Notes under the pieces: model-generated
The model's database searches: none
What the model was told of the DNA's origin: nothing
The model's input: the letters and a program-made list of their open reading frames with translations, nothing else
Shown here: positions 13,900-25,660 of the stretch, piece after piece
Position numbering within the stretch: position 1 is the stretch's first letter
How the letters are laid out: each line of letters begins with the position of its first letter
Translations under genes and position numbers: made by a program
NCBI GenBank assembly: GCA_013239625.1
Contig: MU054391.1
Location: forward strand, 9,023,095-9,087,094
DNA: 64,000 bases
Source: Lama guanicoe
Taxonomy: Eukaryota
Direction: 5' to 3'

Positions 13900-14720
13900 G
13901 TGCATAGAATTGGGTCCTGTTTTTCATCCACTCTGCCAACCTTTTAACTGGTGTATTCAGACTGTTCACATTTAAAGTAATTATTGATATGTTGGGGCAT
14001 AAGTCTGCCCTTATTATTTGTTTTCTGTTTGGTTGTTCTATTTTGTTCATTCCTCTGCCCTCCTTTTCTTGCCTTCTTATGGGCTATTAAATAGTTTAAA
14101 TTTAATTTTGATTCATCGATCGTGTTTTTGAATCTACCCCTTTGAATGGCATCCCAGTGGTTACTGCAGGTATCGCGGTGCACGTCCATGTAACTTAGAG
14201 TCTCTGATACTGACACTTCATCCCACCAAGTAAGATGCAGACATCTTAGTTCCTTCCATACAGGTTCCTTTACTACACACCTCACATTTAAGTTCATTAT
14301 TTCCTCTACAGACATTGAGCACATCAGATGATTTTATAATTTGTGCTTCAACCATCAGACAGAATTTTTAAAAACTGAGGCTCAAAAAGAAGCCTGTTAA
14401 TATTGATCTCTAGTTTTACATGCTTCATTGTTTGTTCTCCTATAAGCAAGGCTCATTTTCTTTCCTGCTTAAATACCTTCTTTTCGCCTTGCTTTAAAGG
14501 TTGTTCTGCTCGCAACCAGTTCTCCTAGTTTTCCTTCATCTGAGAACATCTGTATTTTCCCTTCATTCCTGAAGGATATTTTTGCTGCCTATAAAATCCA
14601 GAGTTGACAGTTCTTTTCTTTCAGCATTTGAAATACTTCTTTCTGGCTTCTGTGGTTTCAGATGAGAAAACCACTGTGTTTAATTTGTTCCTCTACAGGT
14701 CATGCACTGTTTCTCTCCAG
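13900..14720 (-). mobile_element. Old L1M fragment spanning the ORF1 end, inter-ORF region and ORF2 endonuclease N-terminus
   Basis: The minus-strand translation PNISIITLNVNSLNTPVKRLAEWMK matches the start of the L1 ORF2 APE endonuclease. Multiple stops and frameshifts. Confidence 0.85.
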
Positions 14721-14721
14721 C

Positions 14722-14841
14722 CTTTTAACAACTCATTGCATCTGCCATGATCCTATTTCCGAATATAGTCACAGGCTGAGGTATTGGGGGCTGGGACTTC
14801 GACATCTAAATTGAGGAGGGGGTATAATTCAACCCACAACA
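14722..14841 (-). mobile_element. MaLR LTR 5' fragment (MLT1B/C-like)
   Basis: The reverse complement reads tgtgggttgaattataccccc...gatgtcgaagtcccagcccccaatacctcagcctgtgactatattcggaaatagg, the MLT1 5' end pattern. Confidence 0.75.
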
Positions 14842-15244
14842 CTGGCAATATCAGCTCCTTAAAGATATTTAAAGATACTTAAAGTTCTTTTTTAATCCAA
14901 ATTTTGCCATAATTTCCAGTGGTATGGGGAATCCGAATACTATATTATTGAAAATAAACATTGATTAGTGTTGGCTAACTCCTTCTTCATTCAATTAGTC
15001 AGTCAATTATTAATTTAGTCAAAAATTTGAGCTCCTATGCCAGGCAGTGATGATAAAAGAAAAATTATATATAAGACCACCATTCAAGAATTTATAGCCA
15101 ATAATGGGAAGTGGGGAAAGGCATATATACACATATAGCCATAATGAAAGGTCGAGCAAGTTCAGATCCCTTAGAGTGGTCAAAGAATGTGCTTTAGTGA
15201 TTTGTAGGAGGGAGATTATTTCCCTATCAGAGTGAATCAAGAAA

Positions 15245-15461
15245 CAGATGCATATCACTGTGTATAAAACAGATAAACAAGGACCTACTACTGTATTGCA
15301 GAGGGAACTAGATTCAGTTTCTCATAGTAACATAATAGAAAAGAATCTGAAAAAAAAAATATGTATGTGTATGTATAACTGAATCACTTTGCTGTGCACC
15401 TGAAACTAACACTGTAAATCAACTACTCTTCAATAAAATTTTTTAAAAATTTAAGAAACAA
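15245..15461 (+). mobile_element. 5'-truncated L1 3' end with a perfect 14-bp target-site duplication
   Basis: L1 3' UTR motifs, as at 5889. AGTGAATCAAGAAA at 15231-15244 and 15462-15475. Confidence 0.9.
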
Positions 15462-15709
15462 AGTGAATCAAGAAAAGCTTTATGGAGGGAGCAGCATAGA
15501 TCAACATCTAGAACAGTTGGATTTGAATACACGCAGAGAAGTAGAAAAGGAAACTCCCAGGAAAAGGAAGAGACTGAACAACCGCAAAGAGATGGGCACA
15601 AGGAACAGAGGATTTTCTTTGCTGCTTTTTTTCCATGAATGCTGCCTGCCACCCAACAAATTTGAAACTTTTTGCACAACAGAGATAAGGTGTTAGCTTA
15701 CCATCAACA

Positions 15710-15850
15710 ATGAGCCAGACTTTAGAATTCATCAGACCTCAGCCTGAATCCCAGCTCCCACACTCGAGAGCTGCGTGCTCCTCACTTGTCTGAGTCAGTT
15801 TCCTCATTACCTACCTCGCAGGTAATTGCACAACTGTGTGAACTGAGTGT
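15710..15850 (+). mobile_element. MIR SINE fragment
   Basis: tgaatcccagctccc...gagtcagtttcctcat core. Confidence 0.6.
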
Positions 15851-16398
15851 AAAATACTCAGCCTTCTCCCAGTTATTTCCTCTAGAGTGACAGGTGCGAG
15901 CATGTATGTGTATGCTCCTGATATTCATGGGCTTCAGTTTCCTGATCTGTTGGCAAGTAGGGGCTGCCATCCACCCTGCTGTCCACCTGCCAAGTTTGTG
16001 TGCCAGCTCAGGGCTGCATCTGCCTGAGGAAGGGATGCCTGCTCCTTCTCACCTTGCCCTTGCCTCACAATGTACCAATGTAGAGGGGGCGCTTCTTTCT
16101 GATTCATGTAACAGAGCAGTAAAGATTAGCTGTAGCTCTGGGAGTAGGAGGGGGTTCACTGTAATGCCAAATAACTCATTGTTTCTAATTGAATTCATAA
16201 TAAAACTTTTCATGATAAAGGTCAAAGTACCTAGTGACTTTTTCCAAAAACCTGTACCTTTTGTTGCAGTCTATTTTTTTTCTGATTAAGAATAGCAAGA
16301 AATTTTACCCTCTGTGATTTCTTTTTGGTGCCATCCTACAATCTGAGATAAAATACAAGAAGCAAAAAGATAAAATACAAGAAGCAGATACAAAGTAC

Positions 16399-17545
16399 AG
16401 AAATCTTAGTAACGTTTTCCTAGGGCAGTCTACACAGGCAGTAGTCATAAAAGCAAAAATAAACAAATGGGACCTAATTAGCCTTTGAAGCTTTTACACA
16501 GCAAAGGAAATCAAAAGCAAAACAAAAAGACAACCTATGGACTGGGATAAAATATTTGCAAAAGATGAGACTGACAAGGGTTTAATTTCCAGAATATATA
16601 AACAGCTCATACAACTTAATAATAAAAAAAACCCAAACAACCCAATCCAAAAATGGGCAGAAAACCTAAACAAGCAATTCTCCAGTGAAGAAATACAAAT
16701 AGCCAATAGGCACATGAAAAAATGCTCAATATTGCTAAATATCAGAGAAATGCAAATCAAAACTACAATGAAGTATCACCTCACACCAGTTAGAATGGCC
16801 ATCATTCAAAAGTCAACAAATGATAAATGCTGGAGATGGTGTGGAGAAAAGGGAACCCTCCTTCACTGTTGGTGGGAATGTAGTTTGGTGCAGCCATTAT
16901 GGAAAACAGTATGGAGATTTCTTGAAAAACTAAAAATAGACCTATCCCACTCCTGGGCTTATATCCAGAAGGAACTTTAATTCAAAAAGATACCTGCACC
17001 CTGGTGTTCATAGCAGCACTATTTACAATAGCCAAGACATGGAAACAACTTAAATGTCCATCGACAGATGACTGGATAAAAGTTGTGTTATATATACAAT
17101 GGAATAGTACTCAGCCATTAAAAAGAATAAAACAATGCCATTTGCAGCAACATGGATGGACCTGGAAACTGTCATTCTAAGAGAAGTAAGCCAGAAACAG
17201 AAATGAAAATACCATATGATATCACTTGTATGTGGAGTCTAAAAAAAGATGAACTTATTTACCAAAACAGATTCACAGACATAGAAAACAAACTTATGGT
17301 TATGGGGGTAGGGGGTTGGAAAGAATAAATTGGGAGTTTGAGATTTGTAAATACTAACTACTATATATAAAACAGATAAACAAGTTTATACTGTATAGCA
17401 CAGGGAAATATATTCAGTACCTTGTAGTAACCGCTAATGAAAAAAATATGAAAATGAATATATGTATGTATATGTATGACTGAACTATTATGCTGTACAC
17501 CAGAAACTGATGCATTGTAAACTGCCTGTACTGCAATAAAAAAAT
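16399..17545 (+). mobile_element. Relatively young 5'-truncated L1 (ORF2 C-terminus, 3' UTR, short A tail)
   Basis: ORF 16537-16980 encodes the L1 ORF2 C-terminal region including the CCHC knuckle [18 protein letters not shown], then frameshifts at KIDL. Followed by the L1 3' UTR and AATAAAAAAA. Confidence 0.95.
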
Positions 17546-17715
17546 TATATATGGAATATATAAACAAGGACCTACTGTATAGCACAAGGAACTACATTCA
17601 ATATCTTATAATAAGCTATAATGAAAATACGAAAAAGAAAATATGTATAATTGAATTGCTATGCTATACACCGGAAACTAACACAACATTGTAAATCAAC
17701 TACAATTAATAAAAC
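17546..17715 (+). mobile_element. Second L1 3'-end fragment directly abutting the previous L1
   Basis: aaacaaggacctactgtatagcacaaggaactacattcaatatctt...attgtaaatcaactac...aataaaa. Confidence 0.85.
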
Positions 17716-18156
17716 TTTGAAATCAAACCTCAGCATTCTGTGGCTGTGACAAGAAATATGAAGACGCCCATAATGAAATGTGCACAAATTTAAGTGGTGA
17801 TAAGAAATACAACGAAAAGTCGATCATGACAACTGTTTGATTAGATAACTAATTATCAACAGTAATGCTTACATGAGTTAGCTGATCTCAGTGTAATTAA
17901 GGAAGCAGATGTCAAAAGTGTCCAGTTACACCTGAAATGATCAAGTGATGCAAGTGGACTGAAACATTAGTAGGAAGTTTTACTTAAGTGGAGAGCATTG
18001 CCTCCATCAAGCCTTCCTCTCTGTCTCTCCAGTCTGCCTCAGTCTCTCCCACGTCTGAACCCTCACGACATGGAGAAGAGTTAAACTGACCTGGAGTCCA
18101 ACCTTGATCGGATACCTACAAGCAGCATAACCACACGCCACGTCTGTTAACCTCTT

Positions 18157-18431
18157 TCAGCGTCAGTCATGCCTTAGCTGGGGCTGCTGTGAGGGTTAAA
18201 TGAGATAATGTGCATAAAGTACTGAGCCGGAGACCCTGCCCTATGATGTGCTGACCCCTCTGTAACCAGCATCCATTAATATCACCTGATTTTCTTCATG
18301 AATCCCCTTCCACCTCAGCGTCAGTCATGCCTTAGCTGGGGCTGCCGTGAGGGTTAAATGAGATAATGTGCTGACCCCTCAGTAACCAGCATCCATTAAT
18401 ATCACCTGATTTTCTTCATGAATCCCCTTCC
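18157..18431. repeat. Local tandem duplication (155-bp copy and 117-bp copy) overlapping a MIR remnant
   Basis: 18157-18311 and 18315-18431 are identical except for two substitutions and a 38-bp gap. Confidence 0.95.
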
Positions 18432-19199
18432 TGCATTATGCTCGAGAATACGTCTGCAGTGAACTGAACTGTCTCTAACTACCTAGAACCCACAGCGATG
18501 CTGAATCCGTGGTCAGAATCACGAGGGCTGGGCCCAGTTTTCAACTCCTAATGGTGTCAGTGTTACATCTGGCAACCGTAGTACATATTTGCAGAGGAAA
18601 GACCAGGAGAAAGAGAAGGAAACCGATATTATAACAGGCAAACACTTCAAAGATTTTTTTTTTTAATGTGAGTCAGGGCTTTTGTGGATGACAAAGACCT
18701 GGGTTGAGGAACAGCTGCAAAATCCCTTACCCTGATATTTCAGTCCCTGCTAACTGACTTGCCACAATGTATATAAATGCTTAATATATGCTTCCTTAAG
18801 TTGTATCCAAGGTCAATTCAAAAAGAATTAAAATTCTATGGGCAATAATTTTAACTTATGCAATCTGGTCTACCGGGTACTCGATCAAATGCAGAGAACT
18901 AAAGACAATTGCTGATAATGGTCGTCTGGACAGTTTCAACGTGACAAGAGACATACACGATAAGCTGGAAAAGTGACGAAATACACATCATTGCCTGCCC
19001 TGAAATTTACATTTCTAATTTACCGCCTCACAACCAGACATAAAGGACGCATATATCTTTCCTTCTGATGTGAAAGCTAATTTATTTTGAATTTATCTGA
19101 TACAAAACAAAAGCAGTTTCAATTTGCACTTTGAACCAGTTGCTTGGACCTGCAATCTGAGACAATCCTTAAGATAAGCCAGCGTGGATCGTGGTGACA

Positions 19200-19372
19200 C
19201 TTTCAGAGTCAGACAGACCTATGTTAAAATCCTGGCTCTACTAAGTACTAATTATATAGACTGAAAATTACAATGCTAGCCCGGGACCTGGGGGGTGATG
19301 AGCATTAAATGGGATAATGCCTGACTTAAGGAGCATGGTGCCTGGCAGGTTGTAAGCCTTCCAGTAAATGAT
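19200..19372 (+). mobile_element. MIR SINE fragment
   Basis: gagtcagacagacct...aatcctggctcta and attaaatgggataatg...gtgcctggca. Confidence 0.6.
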
Positions 19373-20449
19373 TGTGCGACCACCAAAATTATCAGTCACA
19401 GTGATAGCATTCAGATAAGAGGTGTTAAAAGCAAGCTTTAACAGGAATACTGACAAAAAATAAAACGAAGACCACTGTAAACATGCGAGCTCCAGGAGGA
19501 AGGGCTATTTGTCTCGTTTATTCACTGCTTTATTTCCTGCACTCAAATAGCCTCTGACACAGAGCAAGTGCTTTATAAATATTGGCTGAATTCGTTAACA
19601 ACAAGTGCTAGGAAGTTACATGCCAGAGGACCCTCCAGAACTGGGAAGACAGCGTGGTGTCCGTTTTTCTCCCCCATCCTCTCAGGATGTTCTCTGCGGA
19701 GGAATGGACGGGTTTGGCCATGGTTGTGAGGGGCAAGAACTGCAGCTTCAAGCTTTTCAAACCTGAGAGAGAATTTTCTTTACAGCAAACACTCTCCAGT
19801 CAAGGGGCTCTTACGTTTCGTCAGCATCTAAATAGAAACAATTTTACTCCTGTTGGATAGAAAGTGCTCTGGGTTCCAAGAGCAATGGGCCTGGATATTG
19901 GATGCCTGGTCCTGGTCTCGGGCCTGTCATTCACCTCAATAACCGCCCACCGGTTAGTCCAGGGCTGGTGTGTTTTATAACAAGTCAGAGATGTTCCACA
20001 AGAGAGGGAAACAAGGTTATAAAAACAGTCTGCGAATCGGTTTCCTCCCCACTAACTAGAAGAACACTCTGATTCATCTACACGAGACTCCTGAAGAGAT
20101 CAAATAAAAACCCTTGAAAATAATCACTATACAAAAATAAAATATTTATAGCTGTCCAGGAAAATATTACTTTATACCAGTAATAACTGCAGCTGATTAT
20201 AAAGGATTTTTTAAACCATTTAAAAGGAAGAGATTGAAACACCTGAATAACTTGTAAAGCAGCAAACTGGGAAAAAAATGGCTATTTGATGAGAAGTTTT
20301 AAAAAACATATTCATTTTAGAATGTTTTCTCAGGAATATCATTTTTAAATTGAGTTGTAGCAGCTAATTTTTTTTGGTATTTTTGCCCTAAAAATATGCT
20401 AAAAATGTTGTTCTTTTTTTAATATATAATAATGAAAATGAAAAATGAA

Positions 20450-20600
20450 GGAGGGAAGGTATATCTCAAGTGGTAGAGCACATGGGTTAACATGCACGAG
20501 GTCCTGGGTTCAATCCTCAGTACCTCCTCCAAGAATAAATAAATAAACCTAATTACCTTCTCCCCACAAACAAAACACAGAAACCAAGAAAATTTTTTTA
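20450..20600 (+). mobile_element. tRNA(Ala)-derived SINE, camelid vic-1-like
   Basis: gggaaggtatatctcaagtggtagagcacatg...gaggtcctgggttcaatcctcagtacctcc followed by aataaataaataaacctaattacc and an A-rich tail. AAAAATGA on both flanks. Confidence 0.85.
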
Positions 20601-22460
20601 AAAAATGACAATAATGGGGAGCTCAGTTTATTCTGATTCTGAGCTTTGTCTAGAAAAGGGAATTTAAGCATAGGCTATTTCTATTCATCGTTTTGCCTCT
20701 AACAACAAAAATAAATGACTCCTAGAGCGTTCAGCATGTTTCATGTTATCGGAGGAAACACAAGTTGGAAAATATGCTGCATTCAGAAAATCACAGATAC
20801 TCTGCAGCTCACCAGGGCTGAGGCCCCTTCTTAGTGTCTGCCTTCAGCGCACAGAAGGGCTCCCTGCCTTCAAGGTTCCCGGGCCCCAGAGATGCAACAA
20901 AAGTGTACCAAATGTTCTGGAATAATGAGATTTGCTTTCTCACAGGAGGGGAAGTGGAACACAAAGCTTGGCAGCGTGAATCAGGGAAAGACTCCAAAGC
21001 AGGAAAGTCCTGGGAGCTGGTCTCAGAGGCCCAGAATGCCCACGCAGAAGTTCAAGGACAGTCCCTGAGTGGGAGGGCTGGGCTGTGTACAGTAAAAACA
21101 CCCTCACCCCAATCCTCAATAGCAGTTTTTCTTGGGCAGAAATGGGACACATTTGTGTGTGAGTTTGCCTTTCTGTATTTTCCCAATCTACAAGCAACCA
21201 AACATGCTTATAACAGGAAAAAAGCAAATAAAAATGTTCTAGTTCAAAAATGTATCCCAATGATATTGATAAGGTTTTAGTATAAAAGTCATTTTTTTTT
21301 TTGTTTCAGAACCTTTTCATCTTCTTAGACCATAAATGCATTTCGTAGAGCCATCATTTACTATATAAACCCCTTCCCCACTCCACCTCCCACTGTAGCT
21401 CCTCCAAGAATGGATTAGGCTGCCTGGCTGTTTTTCCAGAATTATTTAAACGTTATCTAAACGTGTAGGCAACACTTCGCTGCCATCTGCTTCTAACGAA
21501 GATGATAATGATGAAGATCACAGCCTTGTGGGTTAAGACTCCGGAAAAAACGCGTTTGTGTTTACAAAGCTATGGGTATTAATTTAGGTCGCAGCTTTGG
21601 GAGGAAGAGAGAGGTGTTTTAACATCATCTTTATGCTTCTTCTTTTAAGAATCTCTACTTCCCGCCTCAATGTGCTGTGGTTTGGAGGCTAGAGGATGTC
21701 CCCCACCATCCCACTGGGCTTAACCTTTGAATGTGATTTCGAGCTGACAGTCGACGAGGATCAATAGAACAGCTTTATTAATCCTAGCAATCGTGTAAGA
21801 ACCACCAATGAGGGGTTTCTTAATAAAGTTGACTTGGGGCATAGTACTTGGGCCTGAGGACAAGTGAGGCTCCCTCCTTCCATGCCCCCTTACGCTAACG
21901 GGACTTGCAGGCAGCCTGTATTAGATTTACCCATCTGGTCACAAGCAAAACAAAGTCGCACTGGGACAGTGGGTGGGTCTAGTTTTATCACACTGAGACA
22001 AGAAGCAGAAAGGAATTACACATCCACAAGGCAAGCAAAGTGGGAGGGGGCACAACTCCCAGTAACCAGATTAGTAGAAACCCAAGAAAACTGCTCGAAA
22101 GAAAATCTGAAATTGCTCACTACAGGACCCCACTCATGGGGAAGAGAGCAGAGTCTTCTCTGACATCGGAAGGAACGACTGAACACGACTCGGAGAGTCA
22201 CCCAGGCTCACAGCTCTGTCTCCACCCACACGTGTAACAGAGGCCTGAGCGGGCTGAGAAAAGCGAGGAGACGCTCTGGGTTTCACTTCCGCCGGGATGC
22301 TGGTCTCCCGGTCCCGGGGGACCCATCTAGCATCAGCATGAAGGGATCCCCCATGGAGGGGCTCACTGTGACCTTCTGGGTTCTTGGGAGGAGGGTAGGG
22401 GGAGACGGGGAACCCATACAAACTCTTTCCTCTAGGAGTGGCATTTGGGACTGATCTAAC

Positions 22461-22596
22461 TTTTTTTTTTTTTTCATTCATTTAATTTTGGGGGAGGGTG
22501 GTAAGAGGTTATTTACTTATTTTTAACGGAGGTACTGGGGATCGAACCCAGAACCTCCTGCATGCTAAGCATGCACTCTACCACTGAGCTATACCT
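22461..22596 (-). mobile_element. tRNA(Ala)-derived SINE, camelid vic-1-like
   Basis: The reverse complement reads aggtatagctcagtggtagagtgcatgcttagcatgcaggaggttctgggttcgatccccagtacctcc; poly-T lies at 22461-22474. Confidence 0.9.
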
Positions 22597-25479
22597 AACC
22601 TAACATTTTAAAAAATTGAGACAGTTAGTTAGACTCAGACTCTCCTTCTTAGGACCCAGCCCCGCCAAGTGCCATCTTGGTTCTGAACTGTATGTTCCAG
22701 AACGCTACACTGAACCACAGTGTTCACCGCACTAGCGACATCAGCTCTTACGGGGGTCCCGCACGTGTGAGGTGGTTGTAGCAGACAGCTCAGCAGGCCG
22801 CCCTCAGTGCCTTGCTCTCTCTGCGATGTCACCCAGCCCCAGCAAGATGCCGAGGCGTATTTCACAGCTGTGTCTGAGTGCTGACTGCTTCTACCACTTA
22901 TTCTTGAGTTACACAAGCTTGGGAAGCTTATCTTTTAAGGGAAGTCTTCCAATTTTCTACATTTGTCTCAGTTTAAAATTACCTTCAGCAAATTCATGAA
23001 CTTGCAAAAGCCTGTGGACCTCTGGGGGCCAGTTAGAATCAATATGCCCCAGACCATGTGCTTTCCCTGCAAACCTTCCCACCCCTCAACCTTTAAATTT
23101 CCCAAGCCTTGACTCACCTACTCTGTGTTCCTAGCAGCAAAATTTCTTTCTTTATTCATTTTCCTATCACAGAGGGGTGAGTCTCTGAAAGCTCCGGTTC
23201 CTCTCTCTTTCTTGTCCTTCTCAGCAGGCCAAGTGAAGTTTAAAAAATTTTTTAACTTACTTTCGAACTTGCTTCTCTTTCTTCTCAACCAAATGTGGGG
23301 CTGACTCTGCCTACTGGACTTTCCTTCCTTTTACTGTGGGCTAAGCACACACACACCTTCAGATTCTGTTTTGTTTTATCCCCAGCCTGAGATGAATTTA
23401 GTCAGTTTCAAGTTGGCTGAAGAATAAATGCACCCCACCGATGAGAAGAACTCATTTCAATCGTGGTGACCTTTCCAGCTAAAATTTAGGATGTTAGCTG
23501 TCCTAAATCTCTCTCCTCCATAAATGTCCTAGCCGTGTTCCCCTCATCGTGCACAACACACCTGTTCTCACCAGCAGCTGTGTCATCTTAAAAACGAAGT
23601 CAATACATTACACTGACATTCCCTTAGCAATCTGAGCAAGTCCCCTGTAGCCACTGCACACACCTGCCCTGGGTCACCAGGGGGCTCCCATCTGCTCTTA
23701 TGATTGACCAGCCCCTCCTCCCTAAGCCCCCATCCCCGTCTGGTGCTAAGAGGTCTCTCAGTAATGCCCCAGTCTTTGGGAACATCCTGGCTCACTCTAA
23801 GAATGGACTGCTTAATGCTGCTAAAATTTAGGGGAGAAATCCAGTCTCTGATCAAGTAATCACTAAATCATCCCATTTTAGTTCTTCCTTTAAACGCAAT
23901 TAAATGTGGTGCACATTGAATCCGTGTTCTCAGATTTTGAGTTCTCAGTCTTTTGGCGAGGAAAATCCCTTTTCTGTTCCATTTCAATTGGCAAGTCCTC
24001 CTTCAGTTTTTCGTTAACTTTTCCCCTGCTCTTTTCTGACTTGACAACAAAAACATGTTTTTAAAAAAAACTGCTCCAACTTAACTGACCAAACTCAATC
24101 CCTGAAAACAGTCTGTTCCAGACTTAGGATGTTTTTGTGCTGTTTCCATTTAATAGAATTTCTGTCTCAACCCACCAAGATGCCATGTTGCTGACAGAGG
24201 AGGAAATCGTATTCCTTTTTATTTGTTCATTGACTGAAAATGCAACATTTCTCTGCCATCGACCTCAGGATGGGTCTCTGAAACCCACATTCTGGGCTTT
24301 TAAAGGGAACAGTCTAGAACCAATTTAAGGCCACATGGATAGGATTCCATAGCCTCTGGAAGCTAAATGAATCCAAGTGTCCACAGCTCCCTGTTTTCCG
24401 GGATGAAATTCAAAACAAAACCAAGACAGAATCTAGGAAAGGCGCTCTAGACTTTTCTATCAAAGCCCTCGTGTTAACCATCTAAAGGCCAAAACATCAC
24501 CCATGAATGTTCTTGGTGTACAATTTAGCTGCTTAAAGTCCCAGTCATAGAATGTCAGCCGGTCACTGCAATTCCACGTATAACCTACTACAGCCTTCTA
24601 GGCCGAAGCCTGGCATTACCAGTTCATTTGAGCAAGGACGCAGATTCTCCAGAAGGTGACTTTCTTTCTAAACGGCACAGAGTAGGAGGAGAGGTTTGAT
24701 GCCCAAGTCCTCCTGCCTGCCCCTCTGGCTGTCTTCCTGTCTGAAACCTGGTGAAGAGAAGCAGCGAACGGCAGGCTCAGACTGGAGGTTGCCTTTGGGC
24801 CTGGGCCCCCATGGAGCACCCTCGTCTGCTTGCACCTACGTGGAGCGGCCAGACCCACTCACAGGCCCGCCCTGACTTACGCAAGTAGTCCTGGGCTGAA
24901 GAGCTTGGAGTAGGAGGCCTCCCCAAAATGAGAATACGACCAGCACAGGTGCATTTAATTCGTTGAAAAAGAAAACAAATTAAACCCCACCGAGTCGGCC
25001 ACCTGGAAAACACTGGCTCAGCGCTTGGACGCAGAGCTCGGAGGCCACGGTTAGGCCAACAGGGCGGTCCCAGCGCCCCTCTTCTTGTCCTGGCCCAAGC
25101 CCTGAAGAGCCACCCTCTCCCCGAGACACTCTGGGCCTCCCTGTGGATCCGTTCTTGCGCCCCAGGACCGAAGAACGGACACCCTGGGCATGCAGTGCTC
25201 CCCTGTCCTTCAACCACAGGCCAAAGCTCGAGAGACCCCTGTCTCCAGGCCCGGGATCTGGCCTCGGAGCCGAGCCTCTGCCCCCAGTGCCCGCAGAGGC
25301 CCCCAGCCCTGAGTGGAGCCCACTCTCCCAGCGGCACTCCCAACCCCTGACCCCCTGCTTTCCTGCTGCGGGAAGTTGTTTTATTTAAAACTCAAAGTAG
25401 GGGGGAAAAACTTACTGTTTCCTGAGGCCTCCAGGGAAAGAGAAGCTTGGACCAAAGGCAGCGGCTCTCGGTCGGGTGC

Positions 25480-25660
25480 CGCACCAGCATCACCGGGAGC
25501 TTGTTAGCAGCACAAACTTATTGGGCCCAGACCAACCAACCAGGAGTCTCGGGGGCGGGGCCAGCAGTCGGCTTCACACGCCGTCCAGGTGATGCCAATG
25601 CGCGCCCAAAGTGGAGGCCTCCCGGACTAACCAGGGCATCGTTAACGCTAATCAGACTAG
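25480..25660. mobile_element. MER5A-like hAT-Charlie non-autonomous DNA transposon
   Basis: cagcatcaccgggagcttgttag...gggcccagacc...aggagtctcgggggcggggcccagcagtc...ccaggtgatgcc...aaagtggaggcc follows the internally palindromic MER5A layout. Confidence 0.65.

Noticed and set aside
16078..16093. AGAGGGGGCGC as a CTCF site
   Set aside because: The 5' half (TGTAG) does not fit the consensus CCASY.
16537..16980. 147-aa ORF as a host gene or active retrotransposon
   Set aside because: It is the C-terminal remnant of L1 ORF2 in a 5'-truncated copy with a frameshift; no ORF1, EN or RT domain is present.
18157..18431. Direct repeats as a CRISPR-like or regularly spaced array
   Set aside because: There are only two long copies with no spacer structure, in a eukaryotic context with no cas genes.
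21700..24900. Possible processed pseudogene or ERV internal region on the minus strand downstream of the CpG patch
   Set aside because: No translation resembles gag/pol/env or a known protein, and I found no LTR pair or poly(A)/TSD. It cannot be fully excluded without BLASTX/RepeatMasker.
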